DNA of 64,000 nucleotides from Octopus sinensis (GCF_006345805.1 NC_042997.1:129890001-129954000), one strand, 5' to 3'. Counted from the stretch's first letter, positions 37,111 to 51,168 are shown. Notes: generated from the sequence alone by a model not told the origin. A program made the numbers and translations.

Positions 37111-37341
37111 ATTTCTTTATTGCCCACAAGGGGCTAAACATAGAGGGGACAAACAAGAACAGACAAAGAGATTAAGACGATTACATCGACCCCAGTGCGT
37201 AACTGGTACTTAATTTATTGACCCCGAAAGGATGAATGGCAAAGTCGACCTCAAAGGAATTTGAACTCAAAACATAATGGTAGACAAAATACCGATAAGC
37301 ATTTCGCCCGATGTGCTAACGTTTCTGCCAGCTCGCCGCCT
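37108..37341 (-). mobile_element. SINE family A, full length, within (TCTA)n
   Basis: Family A consensus flanked on both sides by TCTA repeats. Confidence 0.85.
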
Positions 37342-37362
37342 TCTATCTATCTATCTATCTAT

Positions 37363-38240
37363 CAATGCGGTCAGAGCGACGAAACCGTTCTGCATGCACT
37401 CGTGCAGTGTCCAACAATTTCCGACCTGTGGGCTTATGTTGAACAACTGCTGTCACGTGTGGGACGAGTCGGTTTATCAGCTGAGTCTATCGTCAATATT
37501 GTCACGCCTCCTTCCTTCAAACGGGAAGGAAGAGCTATTTTCATCATCCTTGTGGCTATGGCGAAGGAATGTATCAGGTGGACGTGTCTGAAAGGATTGG
37601 AGACAAACACTTTCCTCTCTGATCAATCTCTCATCAACTTCTTCAAGTACCACTTGAAAAGGAAAGTGAGAGTAGAGAGGCAAGTTTTGTCTAGCGAATG
37701 TTTTAAAAAAAGATGGGTGAATGTAGCAAGGATGGCACGTATGAATGACGAATCCACCTTGAGCATAATCCTATGAACCCAGAAATTGAAAACAGAGGGT
37801 TACCCACTTGCAAACAAATGTGGTAACATATAACAATATTGACCGAGGTTACCGTAGTCTTTTTCGTAGGCTTTTCTTCCCATGGATAAACCTTATCGGC
37901 TTTCCCCTTTACACCGTACATCATGACACTGCAATACACGATCCCTATTGATCGTTTTTTTTCTCTACCCCTTTTTTCCTCTTTTTTTTCCCTTTTTTAT
38001 TTTTCTTTTCCTTTTTTTTTTTTTTTTTCCCTTTTTTATTTTTCTTTTCCTTTTTTTTCTTTTCCTTTTCCCTTTTTTTTCTTTTTCCCCTTTTACAATC
38101 CCTTTTGATCGAAAACCTACGCCACTTTCTTTTGTTTCTTTTGTTTTTTGTTTTTTTTGTTTTTTTCATCCCACAAAAGAAAAGCTCTACCTTGTAATTT
38201 GTCCCATCTGTGTGCAGCCCTGTGTGGCCAATAAAGAAAC
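37363..38240 (+). mobile_element. Tx1/L1-clade LINE 3' end inserted in (TCTA)n
   Basis: QCGQSDETVLHALVQC knuckle, homologous to ~27265-27670; stop at 37776; pyrimidine-rich 3' UTR; ends GTGGCCAATAAAGAAAC followed by (TATC)n. Confidence 0.85.
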
Positions 38241-38285
<45 letters not shown>

Positions 38286-39324
38286 ACCTGTCTGTTAGTG
38301 TATGCATTCATATTTGTGTGTATGCATGTGTATGTGTGTGTGTCTGATCAATTTATAGACGGTGTTTGAGCATTGGACAGTATGTATTGCAATATTTGTT
38401 TCAGTCCATTGCATTCTGAGTTCACATCCTGCTGGAGTCTGCTTTTCTTCCCATCCTTCAAGATTATATTCAGATCCCCCCTCTCTCTCTCTCTTCCTCT
38501 CTCCAGCTGTCACTTTCTGGATGTTCTAGGTTAAGGGTAATAGAGCAAAGATAGTATCTGTATCTCCTTACGACTTTATAGTCCCCAGACTATTTCCACA
38601 GCAGAAGGTTTTCTCATATCCAAGTGCACTTGAACACATGAAATATGACTTTACACAGATATATTCTATTCAGCACTGCTTTGTGCAACATTATCTGTAT
38701 GTGTGTGTGTGTGTGTGTGTGATTGTGTCTATGTGTATATTTGTGTTTCCTTGTCTTGATATCATGTTATAGTTGTAAATGATTGTCACTGCCATACAAG
38801 CTGTGTCATTCATTTCCAATAATCAGCATAAACATGTTTGACCATTATTATTGGGGAATATTACCTTACTTTGAAAGCAATGAGCATCCATGACAAGAAG
38901 GTTATATCGTTGTCGTCGTTGTTGTTTAACGTCCGTTTTCCATGCTGGCATGGGTTGGGCGGTTTGATTGAGGACTGGCAAGCCAGCAGGCTGCACCAAA
39001 CTCCATCCACTCTGAGAGTGTAATAGGTGCTTTTTATGTGTCACTGGCATGGGAGCCAGTCAGAGGTCACTGGCATCAACTACGTCTGGATGGTGCTTTT
39101 TATGTGCCACCGGCATGCACCTTAACAAATTTCGCCTGACCCATGTATGCATGGAAATGTGAAAGTTAAAACAATGATGACATTGATGCCAAAAGTAAGT
39201 ATGCTGGTACCATGGAGGCACTCGTGCAGTGCCATATGAAGGCATTTGTGCCAATGCCATGGTATAAAGCACCCATTCTGGTGCCATGTAATAACAGTGG
39301 TACTGGTGCCATGTGTGAAGGTGC

Positions 39325-39648
39325 ATAGCTCAGTGGTTAGAGTGTTGAGCTTACAATCATGAGGATGTGAGCTTGAATCCCGGACCGGGCTGCGTGTTGT
39401 GTTCTTGAGCAAGGCACTTTATTTCACGTTGCTCCAGTTCACTCAGCTGTAGGAATGAGTTGCAATGTCACAAGTGCCAAGCTGTATCAGCTGTTGCTTT
39501 TCCCTTGGATAACACTGATGGCATGGAGAGGGGAGGCTGGTATGCATGGGCGACTGCTGGTCTTCCATAAACAACCTTGCCCGTACTTGTGTCTGGGAGG
39601 GTAACTTTCTAGGTGCAATCCCATGGTCAGTCATGACCGAAGGGGGTT
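39325..39648 (+). mobile_element. tRNA-derived SINE (family D head, different tail) nested in a family C SINE
   Basis: CATAGCTCAGTGGTTAGAG A box, TTGAATCCC B box, GTGTTCTTGAGCAAGGCAC; the flanks are family C sequence (39200-39320 and 39650-39840). Confidence 0.7.
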
Positions 39649-40387
39649 TCAGCAGCAGGTACCATGTAAAAAGCACCCAGTGGATTCTGTGAAGGGATTG
39701 GCATTAGGAAGGGCATTCAGCTGTAAATAAAAACTAGGCCAAGACAGACAAATGGAGCCTGGGGCAGCCTCTGGCCTTACCGGCTCCTGTCAAACCACCC
39801 AACCCATGCCAGTATGGAAAGCGGACGTTAAATGATGATGATGAGGAGGAGGAGGAGGAGGGCGAGGATGATAAGGATGATCACAGTATATATATATATA
39901 TATATATATGCACATGCACACACACACACACACACGCACAAAGCTACTGAAGGTGATAAACAACACTAAATCTATCTTTAAATTACCAACTCTTTGTATC
40001 ACGGCAGAACATGTATTCATTATTTCCCTGTTAATAATTACAAGATACAAAATTTTGTGTAAAGTAAAGTAAGTTTTTGCTTTCTTAATTTCTGCCAAAA
40101 AATCCTTATCTTCTGGTATTTGGCACAGATCCATCTTAAGTGAAATGGTTTGAAATGTCTAATGCTTCTTCTCTGTTCCAGTGAAATTTTTGACTGGAAG
40201 CAGATGTATGCCAGAACCAAAGGTAGTTGTCTTCCATCAAATCATGCTTTCTCACATCTTCATCTTTATACATAGCTCAGCTGTGAGTCAGGGTAGTTTT
40301 AACTTTTCCACGTAGTACAAGGAACATTTCAATAAGACTGAATTTAAATGTACTGCTTTGGGTGCAACAATACTGCCAATGTACACG

Positions 40388-40419
<32 letters not shown>

Positions 40420-40487
40420 TGTATGTATGTATGTATGTTTGTATGTATGTATGTGTGTATGTATGTATGTATGTATGTATGTATCTA

Positions 40488-40575
<88 letters not shown>

Positions 40576-40654
40576 TAGATAGATACATACATACATACAC
40601 ATACATACATACATACATACATACATACATACATACATACATACATACATGCAT

Positions 40655-41145
40655 ATGGAATACTGGTGGAATATTCCCATCAAAATGCCTGTCAAATGTA
40701 AACATAACAGGCTGGATATCGTTGTTTGGGACAGAGAGACAAAGGTATGTACCATCTTCGAGGTCAGCTGCCCTGCAGATATAAATATCTCTTTGAAAAT
40801 CAAAGAAAAAGAGGATATCTGCGGACAACTGCTTTGAAACCTCCAGCTTCTATATCCAGACTATGAATTCATATTCATACCAATAAGAATTGGAGCACTA
40901 GGTTTTGTTAGTAAATGCTTAAAGGAGAATCTGAATAAACTGGGATTCTCAGAAAGAAAAACTGACTGCCTAATTCGTACTTTACAAGTGCAATCTGTGA
41001 GTGGAACATTAAAAATATGCAAGACTTATCTCAAGTTCCAAATGTGAGTTTGTCTATGTTAACTACATCTCAAGGAACGAGATTTGTATCTTTGTTCGAA
41101 ACCAGCTCCCTCTTCAGTGGAATGTTTATAATAATTAAAAAATAG
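40655..41145 (+). mobile_element. Second Dong/R4-like subfamily, RLE domain and 3' end, inside (TACA)n
   Basis: EYWWNIPIK..VKCKHNRLDIVVWDRETKVCTIFEVSCPAD, homologous to 8740-8900; (TACA)n on both sides. Confidence 0.85.
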
Positions 41146-41794
41146 AAGAGACACACATACATACATACATACATACATACACACACACACATGTCATACC
41201 ATAGCATATCATATTGCATTGGACTGTACTCTACTATATTCTGTAATTGTAAAGTACAACAAAGATCTGATATTGCATTCTATTTCACAGACCTGATACT
41301 GTACTGTTCAATTTTAATAGTGTATTACACAAAACTGATACTGTCCTGTACATATCTGATACTGTACATATCTGAAACTATTGAAATTTTCTGATACTGT
41401 TCCGTACCTCTCTGAAACAGTACAGTATATCCTTGATACTCTATCGTACTTTTCTGATACTGTACTTTCACTGGTACTGTATTGTACATCTCTAATATAC
41501 TGTATAATTTTGATATTGTACATATCTGATACTTTAATGTATGTATACTGTACTATAATAATAATGATTTCAAATTTTAGTACTAGGCCAGCAATTTTGA
41601 GGAAGGGGCTAAGTCAATTATATGAACCCTAGTGCTCAACTGGTACTTGTTTTATCAACTTTGAAAAGATGAAAAAATAAAGTTGACCCTGGTGACATTT
41701 GGACTCAGAATATAAAGCGGAAGAAATGCTAGTAAGCATTTTGTCCTGCGTGAAAATGATTCTGCCAGCTCATTGCCTAAATAATAATGGTAAT

Positions 41795-42290
41795 AGTAGT
41801 CTTGGTATAAAAGATAGGCTACAGCAAATATTCTGCTCAATACCACAGATTTGCTTGTCAGTTGTTTGACCTTAACCAGTTGAGCATGTCCCTTAGTGGC
41901 TGACGATATGTGCATCTCTGATCATGAGCAGAAGTAGTGGGGGAGCATCATAGCTGTGTGTTGAAAGGAATTCTTGGAGGTTTGGATAATTCACCTTTGG
42001 AAATATGAGTGTTTCGTTGATGATCCTTAAACAACCCTTATTCAGGGACCTTTTGAGCAGGATGGGCTACTCGACCAGAAGAAAATTCTAACTGGGTCCC
42101 ATCTGCAAGGTCATGTGCTGTTTATCTTGATATGAGATTGTCATGCCGTGCACATATGGTTGTGATGCATGTGCCTAGTGTACCCTTATCAGACAGGTAG
42201 TCATGATGGGTATACTGGGTTTCGTATATTTTACCCCAGTGTCACTTTGATAGCATGCACTACTCTCTCACTCAATAATAATAATAATAA
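41795..42290 (+). mobile_element. Non-coding retroposon-like element ending in (AAT)n
   Basis: GC-richer block starting after a TAA/TAG run and ending in AATAATAATAAT; no ORF; only one copy in this window. Confidence 0.4.
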
Positions 42291-42593
42291 TATGAAAGTA
42301 TAATATGAAAACCATACTTGACATCTATACCACCGTAGAAACTATCAAGCAAAAGGTATCTGCTAAAGCTGCAGAGTTTCTAGCACTCTGGACAGCATGC
42401 TTAGTAGCATTTTGTCCATCTTTATGCTCTGAGTTCAAATTCCTCTGAGGTCGATTTTGCCTTTCATCCATTCGGGGTTGATAAAATAAGTACCAATTGA
42501 ACATTGGGAGTCGATGTGATTGACTCATCCCCGCCTCCCCTAAGCTGCCCCTGTGGAAAAAATCTGAAATTATTGTTGTTGTTGTTGGTGTTG

Positions 42594-42633
<40 letters not shown>

Positions 42634-43149
42634 TAGTAGTAGTAGTAGTAGTAGCAGCAGCAGCAGCAGCAGCAGTAGTGTCCAAATAAAAACTATAGCA
42701 TTAATGACCACAACCACAATAACAACTACAACAACAATAACAACTGCCTCCACAGTACTACCATAGCAACAACACCATCAGTCAACTTAATGCAGGTTCA
42801 AACATATTTAAATCAATGATTGATTGTCTCCTTGAGTGAAGTTGAGCTGAGTGCAGACAATGGGTAAATTGAAGGAGCCTTTAGGGGGTCAACTTGACCT
42901 GCTAGAAATAGCGACCAAATTTTACTCAAAATACAGACTACTATCTTTAAAAAATGGATGAATTGAATAGTGCATTGTCAAGACTCGAGTTCCTCTGGTC
43001 ATATGTTTCTTGTTTTTTATCAAGGATGACTTGAGATTAAACACTAGCACTGCTAACAACAACAACAACAACAACAATAACTGCAATAGCAACAACAGCA
43101 ACAGCAGCAACAGCAGCAGCAATGACACAACAGCAACAAGTGAAAGCAC

Positions 43150-43495
43150 AATGGTTGGAGGATCGCGGTTTCAATTCCCAGACCGGGCGTTGTGTGTGTT
43201 TATTGACCAAAAACACCTAAAGCTCCACGAGGCTCTGGCAGGGGGTGGTGGAGACCCCTGTTGTACTCTTTCGCTCCAACTTTCTCTCACTCTTTCTTCC
43301 TGTTTCTTGTCCCCGACTTCCTATGCAACCGCTGAGCTTGGATGTGCATTCATCCATCCGTCGATGTTCTCGGTGTCGGGGGTTGACCTGCTTTCTCTTC
43401 TGCGGGTTTTACGAATAGCAAAGGACCACGTTTTGGACTTCTCCCACTACGGACAAAGATCACTTCGCTCAACAACAACAACAACAACAACAACA
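43150..43495 (+). mobile_element. SINE-like element (tRNA B-box GGTTTCAATTCCC) with (AAC)n tail
   Basis: B-box-like motif followed by ACCGGGCGTTGTG as in family D heads; CpG-rich body; flanked by AAC repeats. Confidence 0.55.
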
Positions 43496-44093
43496 TGATA
43501 ACAATAACAACAGAGACTTTGTTCTTGTGTTGCTCTAAATTCATCCTTGATCTAGCGGGCCAGTGATCAGTGGCATTCCAATCATGACCATCTCATTTTT
43601 TATATACTTAAATTGATGTTATTTAATGTGTCCTTCCCTTTTTAAGGCAATAAGGTGTGATTTGAGGGAAATTATTCTGCTATTTCAGACAAATGATTGA
43701 CTGAACAGATTTCATTGGCTCTTGTGTATATAAGTTGCTGCTGTTGTTATTGCTGTTGCAGCAGTTGTTGTTTAGCCCCAGACCAACCCTAATTAAGCTG
43801 ACCTATGGTCAAAGATGTCAGAGAGAGAGCGAGCGAGATAGAGAGAGAGAGAGAGATGGGGAGAGAGAGAGAGAGATGGGAGAGAGAGAGAGAGAGAAAG
43901 AGTCACTACTACTCAGCAGAAAAGTGAGTTTCCATAACTGGGATAAATGACCAGAACAATGCAAAAACAAGAACAACAGCCTCAACAACAATGACCACTT
44001 ACAGACTCCTATTGGTTCAATAATTTGCTGGTTGGTGGGAGTATATAGCATGATAGAGTTAATAAGATTTGTACACAGATATATGTACACATG

Positions 44094-44169
<76 letters not shown>

Positions 44170-45144
44170 CATGCGTGCATGCATATATGTATGTATAACT
44201 GTTTGACTGTGTGGTTAAGAATATCATTTTCCAATTATGAGGTTTTGGGTTCAGTCCCACTGTATGGCACCTTGGGCATGTGCCTTCTAGTATCATCCTG
44301 GCTTGACCAATAACTCAATGACTCATGAGACAAGGACATGGACATTGGTTCTTTTCCAGACACAACAATTAAAAAGAAAATTATTGATACTGAAGAGGTA
44401 AAAATACAAAAACTTAACAAAATAGAATGCACAGTACATGAAGTAGTGCTCCAGCATGGACAAGATTCCCAATGGTTTGAAGTAACTAATCATCTATAGT
44501 GTCATCATTATCTTCATCATCATCAACATCATCACAATCATCATCGTTCTACGTTAGTCTTTCCATATTGGCATGGGTTGGATATGTACTAGCATAGCAT
44601 CCTCCCAATTGTTGTGGTCTTTTATCTTGTTTATCTCCTTTGTGACTTCCAACATCCTGAGATCCATCTACTCCACTTTCTCTCACATAATCGTCAGTTT
44701 TTCTCTCTTCTGTAGATTTCTTTCACTTGGATCATTTATATCAATTAACTCTGGGAACCGTTTTCTTTGTTTGTTGTTCATATCATTTTTTTTGCTTTTT
44801 AAATAATTACACACACATGCACACATGCGTATACACATACACATGCAGGCACTTACACGCGTGTGCACAGACAGACACACAGATATATTATCTGAAAATC
44901 CAGATATGGAAAGATGAACTCTTTCACACAAACACACACATATACATGTAACAGACTTTTAGTTTCCACCTACAAATTTCATTCACAAGGCTTTGGTCAA
45001 CTTGAGGCTATAACAGGAGACACTTGCCCACAGTTGGACTGAACCAGAAGCCATTTGGGTAGGAAGTGAACTTCTTAACAGCATTACTATGACTGCACAT
45101 GCTAAAATGTTTGAAAAGTTGAGTAAAAATAAGCATACAGATAT

Positions 45145-45357
45145 ATTCTTTTATTTGTTTCAGTCATTTTGACTGCGGCCATACTGGAGCACCACCTTTA
45201 GTCGAGCAAATCGCCCCCAGGGCTTGTTCTTTGTAAGCCTAGTACTTATTCTATTGGTCTCTTATGCCGAACCGCTAAGTTACGGGGACATAAACACACC
45301 AGCATCGATGTCAAGTGATTTGGGGGGGGGGACACAAACATATGCACACACATACAT

Positions 45358-45392
<35 letters not shown>

Positions 45393-45551
45393 CACGATGG
45401 GCTTCTTTCAGTTTCCATCTACCAAATCCACTCACAAGGCTTTTGTTGGCCTGAGGTTATAGTAGAAGATACTTGCCCAAGGTGTCATGCAGTGGGACTG
45501 AACCTGGAACCATGTGGTCGGTTAGCAAGCTACTTACCACATAGCCACTCC
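45145..45551 (-). mobile_element. SINE family B
   Basis: Family B consensus. Confidence 0.85.
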
Positions 45552-48444
45552 ATACCATCATCATTATTTAATGTTTGTTTTCCATGCTGGCAAGGGTTGG
45601 ATGGTTTGACAAGATCCAGTGAGCTGCAGAGCTGCATTGAGCACCAGTGTCAGTTTTGGCATGGATTCTACAGCTAGATGCTCCTCTGAATGCTAACCAC
45701 TTTACAGTGTGTACTGGGTGCTTTTTTCATGCCGCCAGCACAAATGAGGTTGCCCGGTAACTTGGGGGACAAGAAAAACAGGGAGAAGGGAAATGTCCCC
45801 TCAACAAAGAAAGTGCAGTTGTATTGAGAGGTGAGAGATGGTTGTATGCCAGGTGTTGTGAGGTTAAAATGCTTGATAGAAGGACATGTCCAAGTGACTT
45901 GCTATAGAGGAGATACAAGGTTATCCTGTATTATATAGGGGTTAAGGGATGTGAATAGCTAAACGGAAGATAGAGATGGTGACAAGCTATATGAATACTT
46001 TGTAAACTCTTTATTTTTGATATTTCAGTCAACAAACTCTATGCAGAAAGAAAAAGAAAAGAATAGAATAAGTTTGTGATGTATTGATGAAGTAGAACAC
46101 TTATCACAGTTTACAGCTTGTAAGTTTTGGTATCAGCAACAGCATCAAGCAAATTAAAATGAACCAAAGATCTTATTTGCTTTTGTCAGGTGATTGCATT
46201 TTTTGTCTTGTTTGGTTTTAATGGAATAAGATTCCTTGTAGAAATAACAAATCTATTTTTTCCCCTATATTTTAAACATTTTAGAGCTCAGGTGTATGTG
46301 ATAAATTTCTTTTAGGAACATTGTAAAAATAAGTATATTGATTAATCTTTGAAAACCACAGTGATTCCTTTTGAAATTCATTGGTTTTTGATGTTTCAGT
46401 CAACAGAATCTATTCATGAAGGAAAGAGAAAGAGTTTAAAAAAAATTGAAATAAAAATTGTTTGGAGCTCACATAAAATCTAATTGAAACTGCCAAATTT
46501 CAATTTTCCCACAGCAGTATGTATACTTTACATGTTAATAATTTTAGACCTCAGAGATCCCATTCCATTTATTTGCTAGCACTACAACCACTGCATCAAG
46601 TTGTAGACTTGATGGTTGGCAGCCACAAGGTAAAATGTCTTATACTATCAAAAATTATTTCATACAAGGTAGATTACACTGGCGTTGTTTCCAGTCTCTT
46701 TTTTCCACTCATAGGGGAATTTACATTTATTGTAATAAGTTAATGAAAACTATCAGTAGTTATATAATGTCTCCTAGGTTGTACCTTCTCATGGTACCTA
46801 TTTAAATCATGCAAATTGAATTCTTCAATAAACTATGTAGGTACCCTGGAGTACCTGTATAAAGTTAAGCGGACAAAGCAGTTGAGAATAATATGATCCT
46901 TGTTGAACCACTTTAACCAGTGATTAAACTATTTTTCTGGGAAGAAATTTTAATCACACATACATTCAGACCTATCTGGATTCATCTAGTTTTAAATATA
47001 ACTTTCGTAACAGAAGCTGAAAGACCTTATAATAAACTATTGTGGGGAAACAGCTTTTCTTCTATATCCTACATTAACTGATGAAACTACATCAACCAAC
47101 AATCCACAGTGAACAGTATTCAACTTTTATCAGGCTGAACTTTCTGTCTTCTTTATCTTTTTATTGAACAGAAAAGCTTTTATGTGTACATCTTGCCCCA
47201 TTCCTGATCTCTCGTAATTTCTCCTCTCTCAGTATCCTGACACAAAACTGTTGATAATAAAGTAATACAATATAATGATTTAGGATCAATTAATCTAATT
47301 GTTTCTCTGTACTTTACCTCACCCTTCACTTTTCCAGTTTATTACGAAGAAATCAATGTGACAAATGATCTACCACAATGGCTCATTGCTGTCCATCAGA
47401 AATATTGATCTTATCATCTTCCTTCCATGACAATATGTCTCTGACAAAGACTCGGGTCTTTTAATGAATGAATTCTACAATATTTTGTCCCTGGAGACTA
47501 TGCTATAGACTTCTTGCATTTGAATGTAGACCATTAGAAGTAACAGGTGTGAAAGTGTTGCTTTTGGTATTTAAATATTGGTGGGGTGTTGAAGATGGTG
47601 GTGAGATTTATGTTTAAATACTGGGATTGGTGTTTGAATATTTGCGGTGGTGTTTAAATGCTGCAATTGGTGTTTAAATGTTAATTTTGGTGTTTAAATG
47701 TTTGGTGAGAGTGTTTAAATGTTGGTGTTAGTGTTTAATTATTGGTGTTACCATATGTGTTTAAATGTTGGTGTTTAAATAAAATGGATAAAACGTCATA
47801 GATGATGAAAATAGTGAAATAGTGGTGATAACAATAACAATATAATTAAGGTGACAGAGGTGGGGGCTGCTGAGGGGAATAATACTACTGATAACACAAA
47901 TGATGGTTGTGATAGCAGTGACACAATATTGCTGCTACAATTTCTACTGGTTTTACTGGTGACTATGAGGGGATGAGGATGATGATGTTAGTGATACTGG
48001 TGATTACTGTGTTGGTGTTGGTTATGGTGGTAATGATGATGATGATAACAATAACAGGAAAAATTAGCAGTAGATCTTAAATGAAAGATAGTGGCAGCTG
48101 TAAATATCAATGGTCAGACTAGTATTACAAGACTGGTTAAACTTTTCATAACTATCATTCTAACAAGAAGACTATGTGTTTCAGTTAGTCTCAATTATAA
48201 TCAAAATTTTGAAGGCATTTAACACCAAAATAAAACAAAAAAAAAATTTGTAACTGGATGTATGGATATGGAATTCCCTTTGTAGCTGCATGGTCCCAAG
48301 TTCTATCTCACTATGTGGCGGCTTGAGCAAGTTTCTTAGATTCTTCTACTATTGCATCAAACTGATGAATGGAAACAATATGAAAACACATTATATACAT
48401 ATATATATAGTGCATATATAGATAGATAGATAGATAGATAGATA

Positions 48445-48669
48445 GTCTTTTAGTCTTTTACTTGTTTCAGTCATTTGACTGTGGCCATGCTGGAACACTA
48501 CCTTTAGTCGAATCAAATCGACCCCAAGATTTATTATTTGTAAGCCTAGTACTTATTCTATCGGTCTCTTTTGCTGAACTGCTAAGTTACGGGGACCTAA
48601 ACACACCAGCATCAGTTGTCAAGCGATGTTGAGGGGACAAACACAGATACACGACATACACACACACAC

Positions 48670-48726
<57 letters not shown>

Positions 48727-48890
48727 CACACACATTTATATGATGGGCTTCTTTCAGTTTCTGTCTACCAAATCCACTCACAAGGCTTTGGTCAGCCTGA
48801 GGATATAGTAGAAGACACTTGCCCAAGGAGCCACGCAGTGGAACTGAATCAGGAACCATGTGGTTGGTAAGCAAGCTACTTACCACACAG
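48445..48890 (-). mobile_element. SINE family B
   Basis: Family B consensus. Confidence 0.85.
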
Positions 48891-49765
48891 ATAGTAATAC
48901 ATATGTATATATGTATGCATGTAATGTTTATATGTATATGTATATATGTATGTTATATATATATGTGTGTGTATGTATGTATTAATAACAGTAAGACACA
49001 TAGCAATAGAATAAGTAGACAAGCATGGTAGACTGTAAAGCATTTGTTTTAAATAAACATGCATTTAGTCTCACTGTGGAAAAGTAGATATGGTTAAATT
49101 GCAGGTTTTTCTCTATGATCTCATTCCTAGTCTCAAAGGTAATAGGAGCTTGTAGTATTTATTGTACAGTCAGAACTAAATGTAGAAATATTAGTGGAGT
49201 AAATGGTTTCTCTAATTTGCACAACAGTTTTAGCATTGGTACATGAATTAATTATTAGAAAAACTACACAGCAATGGGATAAATAGAAACATCAAATCAA
49301 TATGTTATACAAACAAGGCAAACCAATTCAGTTCTGCCCAAGTGTGCATACACTACAAGTAAATATAAGCAATGGGCAACCAATCTCTGACGAAACTTTA
49401 ACAAAAACTGAGACTAGTGGCCACAAAGAAAAAGATCTGGTGTTTAATAATGATGTCTACTAAAACATGCTTGTAAGTTTAATTTTCTACATATACGTGT
49501 GTGTGTGTAAATGGCTGAAACTGTAAGGATAATCTGGAAACTTGACTGAGGAGAGACAGCTGTGAATGAACCATCCTTCTTTTTTCCTGTGTGAATTTTT
49601 GTTGTTTTTCTTGTCTGTCTTCATATTGCCTATCTGTCTAGGTGTTTTACAGTTGTCCATTGGGTTTGCGTTCCATTTTTGGATTTATATATACATATAG
49701 CAGTGTACATACATTTTGTTCACCTTATTAGTAAGTATCTATCAATCTACCTGTCTATCTTCCTG

Positions 49766-49900
<135 letters not shown>

Positions 49901-49929
49901 ATATATATATATATATATTCTAGCAAAAA

Positions 49930-49967
49930 CTGTCTGATGAACGGCAACGAGAAACTCAGAGTAACAG
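49930..49967 (+). ncRNA. Minimal type I hammerhead ribozyme motif in a ~150-bp element (49919-50071) between (TA)n tracts
   Basis: aaaactgt-CTGATGA-acggcaacga-GAAA-ctcagag-TA-acagatttt; extended stem I, GUA triplet; stem II closing pair mutated. Confidence 0.75.
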
Positions 49968-50071
49968 ATTTTGTTGAATTTTCTGCTGCTTTAAATAAAG
50001 CATATTACTCTACCACTGGTATTTGAGTACTCTTTTTTCCACCTTGTTTCACATTTATGTGTTTACTCCGG

Positions 50072-50102
<31 letters not shown>

Positions 50103-50307
50103 GAAAGATGAATAATCTTGTAGTAGATTAATCAAAAGTTTAACCGATACCTTAGTAGCAAAAATCACAGCAGTAAACAGCACGGTTGGAGGTACAACCA
50201 TATGGTGTTGCAACCGTGCGTTGGTGCGGATAATTGAAATTAAAACATTATTGGTGAATTGAAGAAATGGAGCTGAACGCAGATTGAACAGAAATCGTTT
50301 TATTTCA

Positions 50308-50387
50308 TTCTACACGTGTTTCGAAAGGCACAAATTACCAAAATCCGATTGAATAATGGGACCATATTGTGTCTTTCTCTTCAGGAA
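50308..50387 (-). ncRNA. Type I hammerhead ribozyme motif (left arm)
   Basis: Exact mirror of 50628-50707. Confidence 0.85.
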
Positions 50388-50627
50388 GAAAATAGGAAAT
50401 CCGTTGGAAAAACAAAAACAGAACAGAGGCGGAGCAAAAACAAATCGAACTATGCTCCTAAGAGCCCATGGTGAAACTGTTTATCAGTGTATGTTGAGAA
50501 ACGGTGGCCACCGGTTCTCAACATACACTGATAAACAGTTTCGCCATGGGTTCTTAGGAGCATAGTTCGATTTGTTTTTGCTCCGCCTCTGTTCTGTTTT
50601 TGTTTTTCCAACGGATTTCCTATTTTC

Positions 50628-50707
50628 TTCCTGAAGAGAAAGACACAATATGGTCCCATTATTCAATCGGATTTTGGTAATTTGTGCCTTTCGAAACACG
50701 TGTAGAA
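50628..50707 (+). ncRNA. Type I hammerhead ribozyme motif (right arm), intact core
   Basis: ttc-CTGAAGA-GAAAGACACAA...TTGTGCCTTTC-GAAA-CACGTG-TA-gaa; long stem II with G-C closing pair, palindromic stem III, GUA triplet at 50702-50704. Confidence 0.85.
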
Positions 50708-50771
50708 TGAAATAAAACGATTTCTGTTCAATCTGCGTTCAGCTCCATTTCTTCAATTCACCAATAATGTT

Positions 50772-50802
<31 letters not shown>

Positions 50803-51110
50803 TATCATCATTGTTTTAACGCCCACTTTTCCATGCTTGCATGAGTCAGACAGAAATTGTTAACCCAGATTTTCTACAACCTGATGCCTTGTCTAACACC
50901 AATCCTCACCTGTTTCCAAGGAAAGTAATATTTCCCCATGGTTAGACATGTTTTTTCATGGAAGACTGGAAACAAGCAACATTATTTGTGTGAAAGTAAT
51001 GCTCATTTAAATGCTCATTAACAACCATCACATGATATCAAAACATACAAACAAAAACACTCACATGCACGCATGAATGCATGCACACATGTAGACATGC
51101 ACACACGCAT

Positions 51111-51168
<58 letters not shown>

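Larger units (their letters stand above)
50243..50772. repeat. Loopless palindrome with 265-bp arms (about 3 mismatches), centred on CGGTGG|CCACCG, between (TA)n tracts
   Basis: Mirror ORFs 50356-50565(+) and 50450-50659(-) are near-identical; symmetry axis at 50507/50508. Confidence 0.97.

Noticed and set aside
41190-41550. Degenerate GATACTGTAC-type minisatellite (similar low-complexity arrays at 47570-47780 and 52800-53110)
   Set aside because: Ordinary decayed tandem repeats without unique spacers, conserved structure or coding potential.
50356-50659. Pair of near-identical 69-aa ORFs on opposite strands
   Set aside because: A trivial consequence of the palindrome; no recognisable protein motif.
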